A stretch of 26,050 bases of DNA from Deltaproteobacteria bacterium (GCA_034670305.1 JAXMNT010000076.1:1-26050), one strand, 5' to 3'. Counted from the first letter of the stretch, positions 1-9,792 are shown. Numbers and translations: made by a program. Notes: generated from the sequence alone by a model not told the origin.

Positions 1-62
1 CCGCTGGGCATCGCGCTCCGATTCGCGCCTCGCCGTCGCGAAACACACGGCGTCCACGACGC

Positions 63-121
63 GGGCAAGGGCACGGGCAAGGGCAACGGCAAGGGAGCAG
101 GTCGCTTTTCAGCGACCTGCT
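63..121. repeat. GGCAAG/GGCACG hexamer tract followed by a perfect 11-bp hairpin (REP-like element, copy 1)
   Basis: GGGCAA GGGCAC GGGCAA GGGCAA CGGCAA GGG, then AGCAGGTCGCT-TTTC-AGCGACCTGCT (96-121). Related sequence occurs at 11663-11735 and 13565-13625. Confidence 0.7.
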
Positions 122-242
122 AGTCGAGCGTCACCTCCATCTGGGGCGCGCTGCGGCCCAGGCGGGGCGCGCAGGAGGAAGGTTGATTCGGGTTGTTCGG
201 AACCTCGTCTTCTGCCGCAATCCTGCTATTCGCCCTCCAGCG

Positions 243-905
243 ATGTTGGACTGGCTCGAGCGCGGCGGACTGACGATGGTGGTCGCGGCCCTCCTTGCCG
301 CGGGCCTGGGCGTACCACTTCCTGAAGATCCCATGCTGCTCGTGGCTGGCGCGATCTCAGAGGATGGGTCGCCGCACTGGACGCTGAGCCTTGGCGCCTG
401 TTTCGTGTCGGTGCTCGTGGGCGACAGCTGTCTCTACTGGATTTCGCGCAAACTTGGGCCGTTGGCGCTCACGCGGCGGCCGTTCAAGTGGATCCTGACG
501 ACCAAACGCCGGAAGAAGATCCGCGAACTCTTCGAGAAGCGCGGGGCGACCACGATCCTCATCGCACGCCATGTCGCGGGCCTGCGGAGCGCGGCGTTCA
601 TCCTGGCCGGGATGGAGCGCATGCCTTACCGCAAGTTCATCTTCTGGGATGCGCTCGGGGCGTCGTTCAGCGTGCCGCTCTTCGTGGGGCTCGGGTACTT
701 CTTCGCCCACAACCTCGAAGAGGTGCGGGCGGTGATCGTCCAGTTCGAGCGCGTGATCATCGGCGCACTGATCTGCGCGGCGGTCGCGTACTTCTTCTGG
801 CGGCGGGCCCGCAAGAAGCGCGAAGCCGCGGAAGACGCGGCCGAGGCGCTCGCCAGTGGAGAGACGCCGCTCGATTCGACGGCGAGCGGCGAGACCCTGC
901 TTTGA
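243..905 (+). CDS. dedA: DedA family membrane protein
   Basis: GVPLPED, LVGDSCLYWI, ARHVAGLR and LAGMERM..KFIFWD motifs plus several hydrophobic helices. ATG at 243 is preferred over the TTG at 183. Confidence 0.88.
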   Translation: MLDWLERGGLTMVVAALLAAGLGVPLPEDPMLLVAGAISEDGSPHWTLSLGACFVSVLVGDSCLYWISRKLGPLALTRRPFKWILTTKRRKKIRELFEKRGATTILIARHVAGLRSAAFILAGMERMPYRKFIFWDALGASFSVPLFVGLGYFFAHNLEEVRAVIVQFERVIIGALICAAVAYFFWRRARKKREAAEDAAEALASGETPLDSTASGETLL

Positions 906-920
906 CCGCGGGCTGAGCCG

Positions 921-1352
921 CTAGTTCGCGAAGGTCAGTTCGAACTGGATCGTGGCGGAACCGTAGGAGGTCGTCGCAGCGCGTTTCACGCAGTCGGCGC
1001 CCGGTCCGGAAGCGCCGATCGCGGTCACGGTGCCGTTCACGATGTTCGCGCGCAGCGTGGTGCCGTTGCGCGCCGCGCCACACGAGGCGGTTGCCGTCGC
1101 GAGGGTCTGAATCACCGGCATCATGCGGAACGGACCGACCGTCGCGGAGACGTCTTTCACGTCCACGCCGTTCACGCTGAGTTCGCCCATCGTGGCACTC
1201 CAGCTCGCAGGCGCGGTTGGCTCTGGCAGCTGGGCAGGTTGCGCCGCGGCGATGCCATTGGCTTGCGGGGCCGCGTTTGGGGCGGTCGCGTCGGCAGGGG
1301 CGTCGTCGCACGCGACGACGCCGAGAAGGAGGCAGAGGGCTGCGGTGCGCAT
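921..1352 (-). CDS. Hypothetical lipoprotein
   Basis: MRTAALCLLLGVVAC signal peptide/lipobox, Ala/Pro-rich linker, small globular C-terminal part. The upstream part of the tracked ORF overlaps accD and is rejected. Confidence 0.65.
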   Translation of the reverse strand: MRTAALCLLLGVVACDDAPADATAPNAAPQANGIAAAQPAQLPEPTAPASWSATMGELSVNGVDVKDVSATVGPFRMMPVIQTLATATASCGAARNGTTLRANIVNGTVTAIGASGPGADCVKRAATTSYGSATIQFELTFAN

Positions 1353-1423
1353 GCCCGAACCTACCAGCCGAACGGCGAGACGTGAATGCACCCCGCCACC
1401 TTGGTCGGGCAAGCGTCCGGAGA

Positions 1424-2263
1424 TCAGCCGACGAAGTGCTGGAGCAGCCGGCTGATGGTGGTGCGCATCTCGGAGCGGCTCGCGATGCAATCGATCATGC
1501 CGTGCTCGAGCAGGAACTCGCTCCGCTGGAACCCTTCGGGCAACGTCTGACGAATGGTCTGTTCGATCACCCGGGCGCCCGCGAACCCGATGAGCGCTTC
1601 GGGCTCGGCGATGTTCACGTCGCCGAGGAGCGCGTAGCTCGCGGCCACGCCGCCCGTCGTCGGGTGCAGGAGCACACTGATGAACGGCATGCCGGCCGCG
1701 CGAAGTCGGCCCAGCGCGGCGACGGTCTTCGCCATCTGCATCAGTGAGAGGGCGCCCTCCTGCATGCGGGCGCCACCGGAGCTGCTCAGGAGCACCACCG
1801 GCTCGCGCCGCTCGGTGCCACGCTCGAAGAGCCGCGTGATCTTCTCGCCGACGACCGAGCCCATCGAGCCGCCCATGAACGAGAACTGGAACACCCCGAG
1901 CTGGGTCGGCAGACCGTCGATCGTGCCATCGCCGGTCAGGATGGCGTCTTTGGCACCGGTCTTCTTCTGGGACGCCCGGAGGCGCTCGCCGTAGGGTTTG
2001 GAGTCGACGAAGCCGAGCGGGTCCATCGCCTCGAGATCGGCGTTGTGCTCAACGAAGCTGCCTTCGTCCAGCAAGAGCTCGCACCAGCCGGCCGGGTCGA
2101 GCCGGAAGTGGTAGCCGCAGTGCGGACAGAGTTCGTCGTTTTGTTCGACGGCCTCGCTCTGCGGCGTCTCCCCACAGCCGGGGCATTTCCGGAACACACC
2201 TTGGCCGAGCGTCCGCTTTTCGGACGCCTCAGTCGTTGCTTTGGTTTTGGTGAACCACGCCAC
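1424..2263 (-). CDS. accD: Acetyl-CoA carboxylase carboxyltransferase beta subunit
   Basis: C4 zinc finger (KCPGC..CPHC), FMGGSMGSVVGEKI, SSGGARMQEG, PTTGGVAAS, GFAGARVIEQT and FQRSEFLLEHG motifs. Confidence 0.97.
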   Translation of the reverse strand: MAWFTKTKATTEASEKRTLGQGVFRKCPGCGETPQSEAVEQNDELCPHCGYHFRLDPAGWCELLLDEGSFVEHNADLEAMDPLGFVDSKPYGERLRASQKKTGAKDAILTGDGTIDGLPTQLGVFQFSFMGGSMGSVVGEKITRLFERGTERREPVVLLSSSGGARMQEGALSLMQMAKTVAALGRLRAAGMPFISVLLHPTTGGVAASYALLGDVNIAEPEALIGFAGARVIEQTIRQTLPEGFQRSEFLLEHGMIDCIASRSEMRTTISRLLQHFVG

Positions 2264-2341
2264 GGGGGTCAGGTATCAGGCGCCAGGGGGGTCGTAAAGG
2301 TCAAGCCGGATGCACCGAGGGGGCTGGCTCCGGGTCGGCAC

Positions 2342-2773
2342 TCAGGCACTGACGCTCAGCACCTGGGTGAGGCGCAGGGCGAGCGGGAAACTGCGCCACA
2401 TGCCAAACATCTCGATCGCCCCGCTGCGGGACGCCGTGAGGATGGACTTCATGACCTCCCCGCGCGGGTCGGGAAGCCCGGTGCGACCGTGGATTTCGAC
2501 CAGCGACATCTGGGTGTGCCACTCCGAGTCGGCGCGGATGGTCAGATCCGGAATGCCCACGACTCCGTCGTGCACCGTCAGGCGGCCGCCCTCGAAATGC
2601 AGCGTGACCGTCATGTCGAGGTCGACGACGACCAGAGCGACCCGGCCCCGCATCTTGAGCAGGGTCTGCTTCTTCTCCGGACGTTCGTCGATGTTCTGCC
2701 GGACGAGCGTGGCGAGCATCGACGCGAAGCCGTTGTGCTCGGCCCGGGGCGCGAGGTGGATGGCGGGTTCCAT
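2342..2773 (-). CDS. SCP2 (sterol/lipid carrier)-like hypothetical protein
   Basis: VTLHFEGGRLTVHDG..PDLTIRADS pattern is typical of the SCP2 fold. Start overlaps the stop of the upstream SCP2 gene (TGATG at 2771-2775, minus strand). Confidence 0.6.
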   Translation of the reverse strand: MEPAIHLAPRAEHNGFASMLATLVRQNIDERPEKKQTLLKMRGRVALVVVDLDMTVTLHFEGGRLTVHDGVVGIPDLTIRADSEWHTQMSLVEIHGRTGLPDPRGEVMKSILTASRSGAIEMFGMWRSFPLALRLTQVLSVSA

Positions 2774-3195
2774 CAGTCGCGAAACTTCGTCGGCACGGCG
2801 GTCGCGCTGGTGACGAGGGCCCGAGAGGACTGCACGAAGCGCAGCATGGTCGGCAGGTGGCCCTTCTTCATCGCGAGTTTGCCTTCCATCATCGCCTTGA
2901 TCGGGTCGAGCTCCCCACCGATCACCTGCTTCCAGCGGGCGTACGGCGCCACGATGACGAAGGGCGCCTCCTGCACCGCATCCATCCCGGTCACGTACTG
3001 CGCCCCCCGACAGCTGCCTTCGTGCACGTCGAGGATCATGCCTTGCGCGTCGTCGATGCCGAGGCTCGGATCCGCTTCGACGACCATCGCCACGGAGCCG
3101 AACGTCCAGGCCTTGCCGTGGGTCCGGTAGACCTCGTTGTCGTTCACCGCCGCGGCGAAAGCTTGAGTCCAGGCGTCGGATGGGAAGTCGTGCAT
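2773..3195 (-). CDS. SCP2 sterol-binding domain protein
   Basis: MHDFPSDAW...APFVIVAPYARWKQVIGGELDPIKAMMEGKLAMKKG matches the SCP2 'LDP..A.M.GKL' pattern. True start is likely ATG 3195; the longer ORF is antisense to the roadblock gene. Confidence 0.82.
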   Translation of the reverse strand: MHDFPSDAWTQAFAAAVNDNEVYRTHGKAWTFGSVAMVVEADPSLGIDDAQGMILDVHEGSCRGAQYVTGMDAVQEAPFVIVAPYARWKQVIGGELDPIKAMMEGKLAMKKGHLPTMLRFVQSSRALVTSATAVPTKFRD

Positions 3196-3441
3196 CGGCT
3201 GCGCATAGCCAATTGCGCTGCCTGGGACAACAGGCGACCCTGGGCCGATGTCGGCGACGGTCGCATGGGTGCTGTTCTTACTCGTCTGCGCCGGCGCGCC
3301 CGTCGTCGCTCGACGTCTGGACGAGCGCGACCGAGACGCGAAGTAGGCTCCGGTCTGCCGAGGTCCAAACCCCGGTGCGCTGGAAGACGCCGAACTTGAC
3401 GATTCCGGCTCTCCATGCGCTTGATGAAGGTTGGAGGCTCC

Positions 3442-3798
3442 ATGTTTCGAGAGGTACTGCAGGACGTCGTGGACAACACGGATGGAGGAGTCGCTGGGCT
3501 TCTCATGGGGTTCGACGGCATCACCGTCGACCAGTACGTGAAGGAAGACACCGGCGACATCGAGTCGGTGGGCATGGAGTTCAGCGTCATCCTCAAGCGC
3601 ATCCGCGAAGCCGCCGAGATGCTCGAGGTAGGAACCGCCGACGAGGTCGCCATTCGAGCCGAACGCATGACCATGGTCATCCGGCTCCTCAACCACGAGT
3701 ACTTCGTGGCCATCACCCTCAAACCCTCGGGCAACCTCGGCAAGGCGCGTTTCCTTCTGCGCACCCGCACCGGCCGCCTGCTCGACGACCTGACGTAG
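3442..3798 (+). CDS. mglC: Roadblock/LC7 domain protein, MglC-like (MglB paralogue)
   Basis: 118 aa with MGFDGI (F24/D25/I27) and GNLGKARFLLR, resembling the FDI and KRR surfaces described for M. xanthus MglC. GGAGG RBS at 3433-3437. Synteny with accB-accC-TPR gene. Confidence 0.8.
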   Translation: MFREVLQDVVDNTDGGVAGLLMGFDGITVDQYVKEDTGDIESVGMEFSVILKRIREAAEMLEVGTADEVAIRAERMTMVIRLLNHEYFVAITLKPSGNLGKARFLLRTRTGRLLDDLT

Positions 3799-3803
3799 CC
3801 CGC

Positions 3804-4253
3804 ATGGTGCGCGTGCTGGTCCTTCACGGCCCCAACCTGAACCTGCTCGGGACCCGCGAACCCGACGTCTATGGCGCGCAGACGCTGGCCGATCTGGAGG
3901 CTGAGTTGACGGCTTTGGCGGCGACGCTTGGCGCGACGCTCGAGTCCCGCCAGTCCAACCACGAAGGTGTGCTCCTCGATTGGATCCACGAGGCCGCTTC
4001 GTCGTTCGATGGCCTGGTCTTCAATCCGGGGGCGTTCTCTCACACCTCCCTCGCCCTGGGCGACGCGATCGCTGGCACCCCGCTCCCGTGCGTGGAAGTC
4101 CACCTCTCCAATGTGGCCGCTCGTGAACCCGTGCGGCACCACAGCTTCCTCTCCAAACACGCGCTCGGCGTCGTGTCTGGCTTCGGCTTTGCGAGTTACA
4201 CCCTTGGCTTGCGGGCCCTTTGCGAGTATCTCGCCCACTCACTCAACGACTGA
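3804..4253 (+). CDS. aroQ: Type II 3-dehydroquinate dehydratase
   Basis: HGPNLNLLGTREPDVYG, QSNHEG, NPGAFSHTS, VEVHLSN and RHHS motifs. Confidence 0.97.
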   Translation: MVRVLVLHGPNLNLLGTREPDVYGAQTLADLEAELTALAATLGATLESRQSNHEGVLLDWIHEAASSFDGLVFNPGAFSHTSLALGDAIAGTPLPCVEVHLSNVAAREPVRHHSFLSKHALGVVSGFGFASYTLGLRALCEYLAHSLND

Positions 4254-4321
4254 ATCATCGACACCGGGCAACCTCGCCAAGCGAGCGGTGTCACTGAACG
4301 GGGTTTGGGGCTCCAAGACCA

Positions 4322-4777
4322 ATGGACATCGACCTGAAGCAGCTGCGCGAGCTCATGAAAGCTCTGCGTGAACACGAGATCGACGAACTGGAGATCGAGA
4401 AGGGCGACGAACGCGTCGTGCTTCGTCGGTCGACCGTTCCGAACGGTTCCACCACCTTTGTCGCCGCCAGTGGCCAGCACCCGAGCGTGCCTCCGCCGCC
4501 TCCGATGCCCTCGGTACCAGCGGTCGCAGAGGTCGAAGGCGAGTACGTCACGTCGCCCTTCGTCGGCACGTTCTACCGTTCGCCGAGCCCGACCTCGGAC
4601 TCGTTCATCTCCATCGGCAAGTCGTTCCAGAAGGGCCAGACCCTCTGCATCGTCGAAGCGATGAAGCTCATGAACGAGATCGAAGCGGACTTCGCGGGAA
4701 CCGTCTTGGAAATCCTCGTCGAGAACGGCAAGCCCGTCGAGTACGGCGACCGCCTGTTCCGAGTGCGCAAAGAGTAG
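4322..4777 (+). CDS. accB: Acetyl-CoA carboxylase biotin carboxyl carrier protein
   Basis: [11 protein letters not shown] and the EAMKLMNEI biotinylation motif; Pro/Ala linker. Confidence 0.97.
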   Translation: MDIDLKQLRELMKALREHEIDELEIEKGDERVVLRRSTVPNGSTTFVAASGQHPSVPPPPPMPSVPAVAEVEGEYVTSPFVGTFYRSPSPTSDSFISIGKSFQKGQTLCIVEAMKLMNEIEADFAGTVLEILVENGKPVEYGDRLFRVRKE

Positions 4778-4783
4778 AACCAG

Positions 4784-6121
4784 ATGTTCGAGAAGGTGCT
4801 CATCGCGAACCGTGGCGAGATCGCGGTGCGGGTCATTCGTGCGTGTCACGAGATGGGACTCAAGACCGTCGCCGTGCACAGCGACGTGGACGCCGAAGCG
4901 CTCCACGTGAGGTTCGCGGACGAAGCGGTCTGCATCGGTCCGGCCGACGCGACGCGCAGCTACCTCGATGTGCCAGCGCTGATCGCGGCCGCGGAGATCA
5001 CCGGCGCCGATGCGGTCCACCCCGGCTATGGATTCCTGGCCGAGAACGCCGGCTTCGCCGAGACCTGCATCCGTTGCGGGCTCACGTTCATCGGGCCGAC
5101 CCCGAACGACATGCGGCAGTGGGGCGAGAAAGTCCCCGCCCGCGCGCTCGCCAAGTCCCTCGGTCTGCCGCTCATGGAGGGCTCGCAGGTGCTGCGCGAT
5201 GCAGACCACGCGGCGGCGGAAGCGGAGCGTGTGGGTTTCCCGGTGATGCTCAAGGCCTCCGGCGGCGGCGGCGGGCGTGGCATGAAGATCATCCGCGGCG
5301 CCGAGCAGATGCGGAACGCGTTCCCTCAGGCGAAGGCTGAGGCGATCGCTGGTTTTCAGAACGGCGATCTCTACTTCGAACGCTACGTCGAACATCCGCG
5401 CCACATCGAGTTCCAGGTCCTCTGCGATGGCAAGGGCGGCGTGCGGGTGCTCGGCGAACGTGAGTGTTCGATCCAGCGGCGGCATCAGAAGCTGCTCGAA
5501 GAAGCCCCGTCGGTCGCCATGACCGAGGAGATGCGGGCCGATATGAGCGCGACCATCGCGCGGGCCATGCGCGAGAGCGGTTATGTGTCCGCGGGCACGA
5601 TCGAACTGCTCATGGACGAGCGCGGCAACCTCGCGTTCATGGAGATGAACACGCGCATCCAGGTCGAGCATCCGGTCACCGAGCAGATCACGGGTGTGGA
5701 TCTCATCCGCGAGCAGATCCGCATTGCAGCGGGCGAGTTGCTGGACCTGCCTGAGAAAATCGAGCTGCGCGGCCATGCGATCGAAGTCCGCATCAACGCG
5801 GAAGACCCGGAGACGTTCGCGCCCTGGCCTGGGAAGATCACCGAGTACGTGGTCCCCGGCGGGGGCGGCATTCGGATCGACAGCGGGGTCTACGGCGGGT
5901 TCCGGGTGCCAGGCGCCTACGACTCGTTGCTGGCCAAGATCATCGCATTCGGGTCCAGCCGGGATCAGGCGATCCGGAGACTTCGGCGGGCATTGGCCGA
6001 GACCTCGGTCGGCGGGATCCGCACCAACGTGCCCCTGCACCGCCGCATCGTGGACCACCCGGACTTCATCTCGGGCAACCTGTCGACGCGCTTCCTGGAA
6101 AAGCTCCTCACCATCAAGTGA
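4784..6121 (+). CDS. accC: Acetyl-CoA carboxylase biotin carboxylase subunit
   Basis: KVLIANRGEIAVR, HPGYGFLAEN, KASGGGGGRGM, ERECSIQRRHQK and EMNTRIQVEHPVTE motifs; directly follows accB. Confidence 0.97.
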   Translation: MFEKVLIANRGEIAVRVIRACHEMGLKTVAVHSDVDAEALHVRFADEAVCIGPADATRSYLDVPALIAAAEITGADAVHPGYGFLAENAGFAETCIRCGLTFIGPTPNDMRQWGEKVPARALAKSLGLPLMEGSQVLRDADHAAAEAERVGFPVMLKASGGGGGRGMKIIRGAEQMRNAFPQAKAEAIAGFQNGDLYFERYVEHPRHIEFQVLCDGKGGVRVLGERECSIQRRHQKLLEEAPSVAMTEEMRADMSATIARAMRESGYVSAGTIELLMDERGNLAFMEMNTRIQVEHPVTEQITGVDLIREQIRIAAGELLDLPEKIELRGHAIEVRINAEDPETFAPWPGKITEYVVPGGGGIRIDSGVYGGFRVPGAYDSLLAKIIAFGSSRDQAIRRLRRALAETSVGGIRTNVPLHRRIVDHPDFISGNLSTRFLEKLLTIK

Positions 6122-6285
6122 ACCAGGGGGCTGGGCGGCCGTTTTCGCCCGGTCAGGGCCGGTCGATCCCCCGAACCAGTGGTTGACCCCTCCACCCCTG
6201 GGAACCTATGCTCCCGTGGCCCCGGTCCGGGATTTTCGGAGTTATTCCGCGCATCCACGGCTCGGCGAAAGGTTCACCGGCCTCG

Positions 6286-9060
6286 GTGGCACTCGATCGC
6301 ACGAAAGTTCTCGCAGCTGCCCAGAAGCACCTGTCGAAGGGCCAGTACGACCGCGCCATCGCCGAGTATCGCAAACTCGTCGAAGCGGACCCGCGTGACG
6401 TACGAACCTGGCTGAAGATCGGGGATCTCTACACTCGGAAAGGCTCGCATCGCGAGGCCACCGAGACCTACCAGCGTGTGGCAGACCACTACGCGACCCA
6501 GGGGTTCTTCCTCAAAGCGGTCGCGGTCTACAAGCAGATCCTCAAGCTGCAGCCTGGGCGGCTGGACGTGCAGCTCAAACTCGCCGAGATGTACGAGAAC
6601 CTGCAGCTCGTCAGCGACGCGCTGCAGACCTACGAGCAGGTGGCCCAGGCGTACGCGCGCTCTGGCGACGTGGACCGCGCGCTGAGCACGCTCGGACGCA
6701 TGGCGGAGCTCGACCCGGAGAACATCCCGGTGCGCATTCGCTACGCGGAGGCGTTGTCGAAGGCGGGACGGACCGACGAGGCGGCAACGGAGTTCGAAGC
6801 CGGCGCCGAGCTGCTCCGAGATCAGGGCCGCATGGACGACTACCTCAAAGTCGCCGAGCGCCTGCTCTACCACCGTCCCAGTGACGTGAACCTCGCCCGC
6901 GAACTCGCGGAACTCTACCTGCAGCGCAACGACGCCAAACGTGCGCTCGCGAAGCTGCAGCTCTGCTTCAAGCAGAACCCGAAAGACATCGGCACGCTGG
7001 AGCTTCTGGCGCGTGCGTTCCACGTGCTCGGACAGACGCCGAAGACCATCAGCGTCTACCGAGAGATGGCGCGAATTCACAACGAGGCTGGGCAAGCCGA
7101 AGAGCGCGCGCGGATCCTGAAGAAGATCCTCGAGCTCGATCCCCAGGACGCGGAAGCGCGCCAAGCCCTCGCGGGCTACGCACCGGGTCAGGCCCGCAAG
7201 AGCAAGCAGTCGGTGGCGCCCCCGCCGATGCTCGAAGACGACGACGAGCCCGAGCTCGAGCTGATCGAACCCGACAGCGCCGAGATCCTCCTCGTGGACG
7301 AGGACGAGTTCGACGTGGACGTCGGCTCGGTGGTGGAAGCCGCACCGAAGCCGCCCGCGCCGTCGTACGACGACGACGACGACGAACCGGAACTCTCGAT
7401 CGCGGAGACGAGCGATCTCGACGAGTTCGAAGAAGCCCCCCGGCCGAGCATTCCTCCCGATGTTGCGCGCGAGGCGCAGATCGCGCGGCTGCTGACCGAA
7501 TGCGATGTCTTCGAGCGGTACGGTCTGCGAGAGAAGGTCGTCGTGCAGTTGCGGCAGGTCATCGATCTGGCGCCGGAGCACGCCGAGGCGCGCGAGCGGC
7601 TGAAGGACGTGTTGCTCGCGCTTGGGCAGAACACCGAGGCGGCGGAGCAACTCCTCGCGCTCGCGACGCTCAGCGACTCCCCTCAAGTCGCCCAGCTCTA
7701 CCTCCGCCAGGCGCACGAGCTCGATCCGCGGATCGACGTGCCGACGGCGGACACCGGGTTCGAAGAACCGGTCTTCGGTGACCCCGTGGAGGCGGAGGAG
7801 GCCGACGACGACATCTTGTTCGTCGACGACGACGAGACGGAGATGCAGCAGTCTCCGCTCGAAGCCGCGGATTCGGTGGACGCCGCGCTCATCGCAGCCG
7901 CGGCGTCGAGGCCGCCGGACAGCCCCGCGCCGACTCCGGTCCCCGACGGACTCGGGCCGCCCGAGCCGACGATGGATGTGACCGGCGAGGTCGAACTGAG
8001 CGACGCGATCATCGCGCCGGCACCGGTGTTCGAGTCGGACGATCACACCATCGTGTCCGAGGGGATCTCCGACGCGGAACTCCAGCGCCTCTCGCTCGAA
8101 CCGCTCGAGCCGCTGCCCGGCGAGATGGCTCCGATCAGCGAACCGCAGATGGCGCCGATCGGCTCCGGGTCGCTCGCACCGATGAGCCCCGAAGCCTTCG
8201 AGGCGGCGCCACTCACCACCAGCAACGACCCGGTGGAAGAAGCGTTGGAGCGCGCGAGCGTGCCTCCGGGCGAGATCGAGGAGACCCTGGACGAGGTGGA
8301 CTTCTTCCTCGCGCAGGGGCTCTACGAAGCGGGGCGCGCGACGATCGAAGACGCGCTCGAGACGCACCCCGGCCACCCCCTGCTGCAGGACAAGCTGGCG
8401 GAGATCACCGAGCTGCAGACGAACGCGGCGTCCGTCGCGGCATCGGCGGTGCCGCCGGCCCCAAGCAAGACCGACGAAGACGAAGCGTTCGCGCTGGCGG
8501 AGAAGCTCGCCGAAGAACTCGGCGACGAAGACGTCGAAGAGCTCACCGGGAGCGACGTGCTCGATGTGGAGAACGTCTTCGAGCAGTTCAAGAAGGGCGT
8601 CGAAGAGCAGATCGGGCTCGAAGACACCGACACCCACTTCGACCTCGGCATCGCCTACAAAGAAATGGGCTTGCTCGACGATGCGATCGGCGAGTTCGGA
8701 CTCGCGATGAAGAACCCGTCGCGCGAGTGCATCTGCCAGACCATGATCGGGCTCTGCAAGATCGAGCAGGGCAAGGTCACCGACGGCATCGCCCACTTCA
8801 AGAAGGGGCTGTACGCGGACGCCAAGACCGACCGCGAAGAACTCGGCCTCTACTTCGAACTCGGCATCGCCTACGAGCAGCTCGAGGACGTTCGCGAAGC
8901 GCTCTACTACTACCAGAAGGTCGCCAAACGCGACGACACCTTCCGGGACGTCCAGGGCCGGCTCGCCTTGCTGACGGGACCTGGGGATCCGGCGGGGCCG
9001 GCGCTGGTGCTCGACGACGATCTGGACGCGGCGTTCGACGACCTGATGGGCGACGACTGA
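6286..9060 (+). CDS. Large TPR protein with acidic/Pro-rich linker, SgmX-like
   Basis: N-terminal TPR array, long D/E/P-rich middle, C-terminal TPRs (THFDLGIAYKEMGLLDDAI). Lies directly after accC, as sgmX does in M. xanthus. GTG 6286 chosen as start (AAAGG at 6268-6272). Confidence 0.8.
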   Translation: MALDRTKVLAAAQKHLSKGQYDRAIAEYRKLVEADPRDVRTWLKIGDLYTRKGSHREATETYQRVADHYATQGFFLKAVAVYKQILKLQPGRLDVQLKLAEMYENLQLVSDALQTYEQVAQAYARSGDVDRALSTLGRMAELDPENIPVRIRYAEALSKAGRTDEAATEFEAGAELLRDQGRMDDYLKVAERLLYHRPSDVNLARELAELYLQRNDAKRALAKLQLCFKQNPKDIGTLELLARAFHVLGQTPKTISVYREMARIHNEAGQAEERARILKKILELDPQDAEARQALAGYAPGQARKSKQSVAPPPMLEDDDEPELELIEPDSAEILLVDEDEFDVDVGSVVEAAPKPPAPSYDDDDDEPELSIAETSDLDEFEEAPRPSIPPDVAREAQIARLLTECDVFERYGLREKVVVQLRQVIDLAPEHAEARERLKDVLLALGQNTEAAEQLLALATLSDSPQVAQLYLRQAHELDPRIDVPTADTGFEEPVFGDPVEAEEADDDILFVDDDETEMQQSPLEAADSVDAALIAAAASRPPDSPAPTPVPDGLGPPEPTMDVTGEVELSDAIIAPAPVFESDDHTIVSEGISDAELQRLSLEPLEPLPGEMAPISEPQMAPIGSGSLAPMSPEAFEAAPLTTSNDPVEEALERASVPPGEIEETLDEVDFFLAQGLYEAGRATIEDALETHPGHPLLQDKLAEITELQTNAASVAASAVPPAPSKTDEDEAFALAEKLAEELGDEDVEELTGSDVLDVENVFEQFKKGVEEQIGLEDTDTHFDLGIAYKEMGLLDDAIGEFGLAMKNPSRECICQTMIGLCKIEQGKVTDGIAHFKKGLYADAKTDREELGLYFELGIAYEQLEDVREALYYYQKVAKRDDTFRDVQGRLALLTGPGDPAGPALVLDDDLDAAFDDLMGDD

Positions 9061-9100
9061 TTCCGCTCTGAGTTCGGGCGCGAGGCTGCAGCCGATCCAG

Positions 9101-9250
9101 GCCGAAGCCGAAGCCGATGCCGAAGCTGGTTCCGAAGCCGAAGCCGAAGCCGAAGCCGATGCCGAAGCCGATGCCGAAGCCGATGCCGAAGCCGAAGCCA
9201 ATACCGATGCCGATGCCGAAGCCGATGCCGAAGCCGATGCCGAAGCCGAA
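9101..9250. repeat. Intergenic hexamer tandem repeat (GCCGAA/GCCGAT)n, about 25 units
   Basis: Directly visible between the convergent TPR and thioesterase genes. Confidence 0.92.
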
Positions 9251-9256
9251 CGTGCC

Positions 9257-9652
9257 TCAGAGGCGGTCCATCACGGACGCTGGCACGCGGGTGAGCTGGC
9301 CGGCGCGGTCGACGCAGACCAGATCGATGCGGCCTTGCACGAGCAGTTCTTCCCCGCCGGAAGGGGCCGGGCGGTAGGCGTCCTGGCGGAAACCGAGGCG
9401 GTAGTCGCTCTCCCGGGCGACTTCGGTCACCACCGTGACGGCGTCGCCGAACACCGCGCCCTTCTTGTAGGTCAGCTCGGCTTTGTAGACGACGAACCCG
9501 ATCCCGTCCTCGTTCAGCAGCCGGACCAGTTCGGTCACGCCGAGCACGTGCTCGCGGGCCCGTTCGAAGTACTTGAGGTAGTTCGCGTGGTAGACGAGGC
9601 CCGAGTGATCGGTGTCCTCGTAGTAGACCTGAACGCTGAATCGGTGCTCCAC
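9257..9652 (-). CDS. ybgC: YbgC/FadM (4HBT hot-dog fold) acyl-CoA thioesterase
   Basis: VYYEDTDHSGLVYHANYLKYFERAR signature. GTG start at 9652 preceded by GAGGAG. Confidence 0.88.
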   Translation of the reverse strand: MEHRFSVQVYYEDTDHSGLVYHANYLKYFERAREHVLGVTELVRLLNEDGIGFVVYKAELTYKKGAVFGDAVTVVTEVARESDYRLGFRQDAYRPAPSGGEELLVQGRIDLVCVDRAGQLTRVPASVMDRL

Positions 9653-9792
9653 CCTCGCTCCTCGCTCACGAACGTCCTCGTTCGTGGACCTCGAACCCAA
9701 CCTATGGGGCGACGCGGTGGGACCGCGCAAAGAAGTGTGACGTAGCCTCTGTCGGTACGGGCGGAAAGGCCGTTTTCAGCTACACTCGGCCG

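Noticed and set aside
3196-3441. tRNA or structured ncRNA in the divergent intergenic gap
   Set aside because: No cloverleaf, T-loop/CCA or recognisable riboswitch consensus was seen by eye; a covariance-model search would be needed to exclude this fully.
2773-4253. Full-length 307-aa (2773-3696 -) and 357-aa (3180-4253 +) ORFs as fusion proteins
   Set aside because: The recognisable domains start at 3195 (SCP2) and 3804 (aroQ); the extensions overlap the roadblock gene.
9117-9377. PKPM-repeat ORF (TonB-like linker)
   Set aside because: Its start lies inside the repeat, it runs antisense into the thioesterase, and it has no TM anchor or TonB C-domain.
9257-9652. tol-pal operon
   Set aside because: A ybgC-like gene is present, but no tolQ/R/A/B or pal genes are adjacent.
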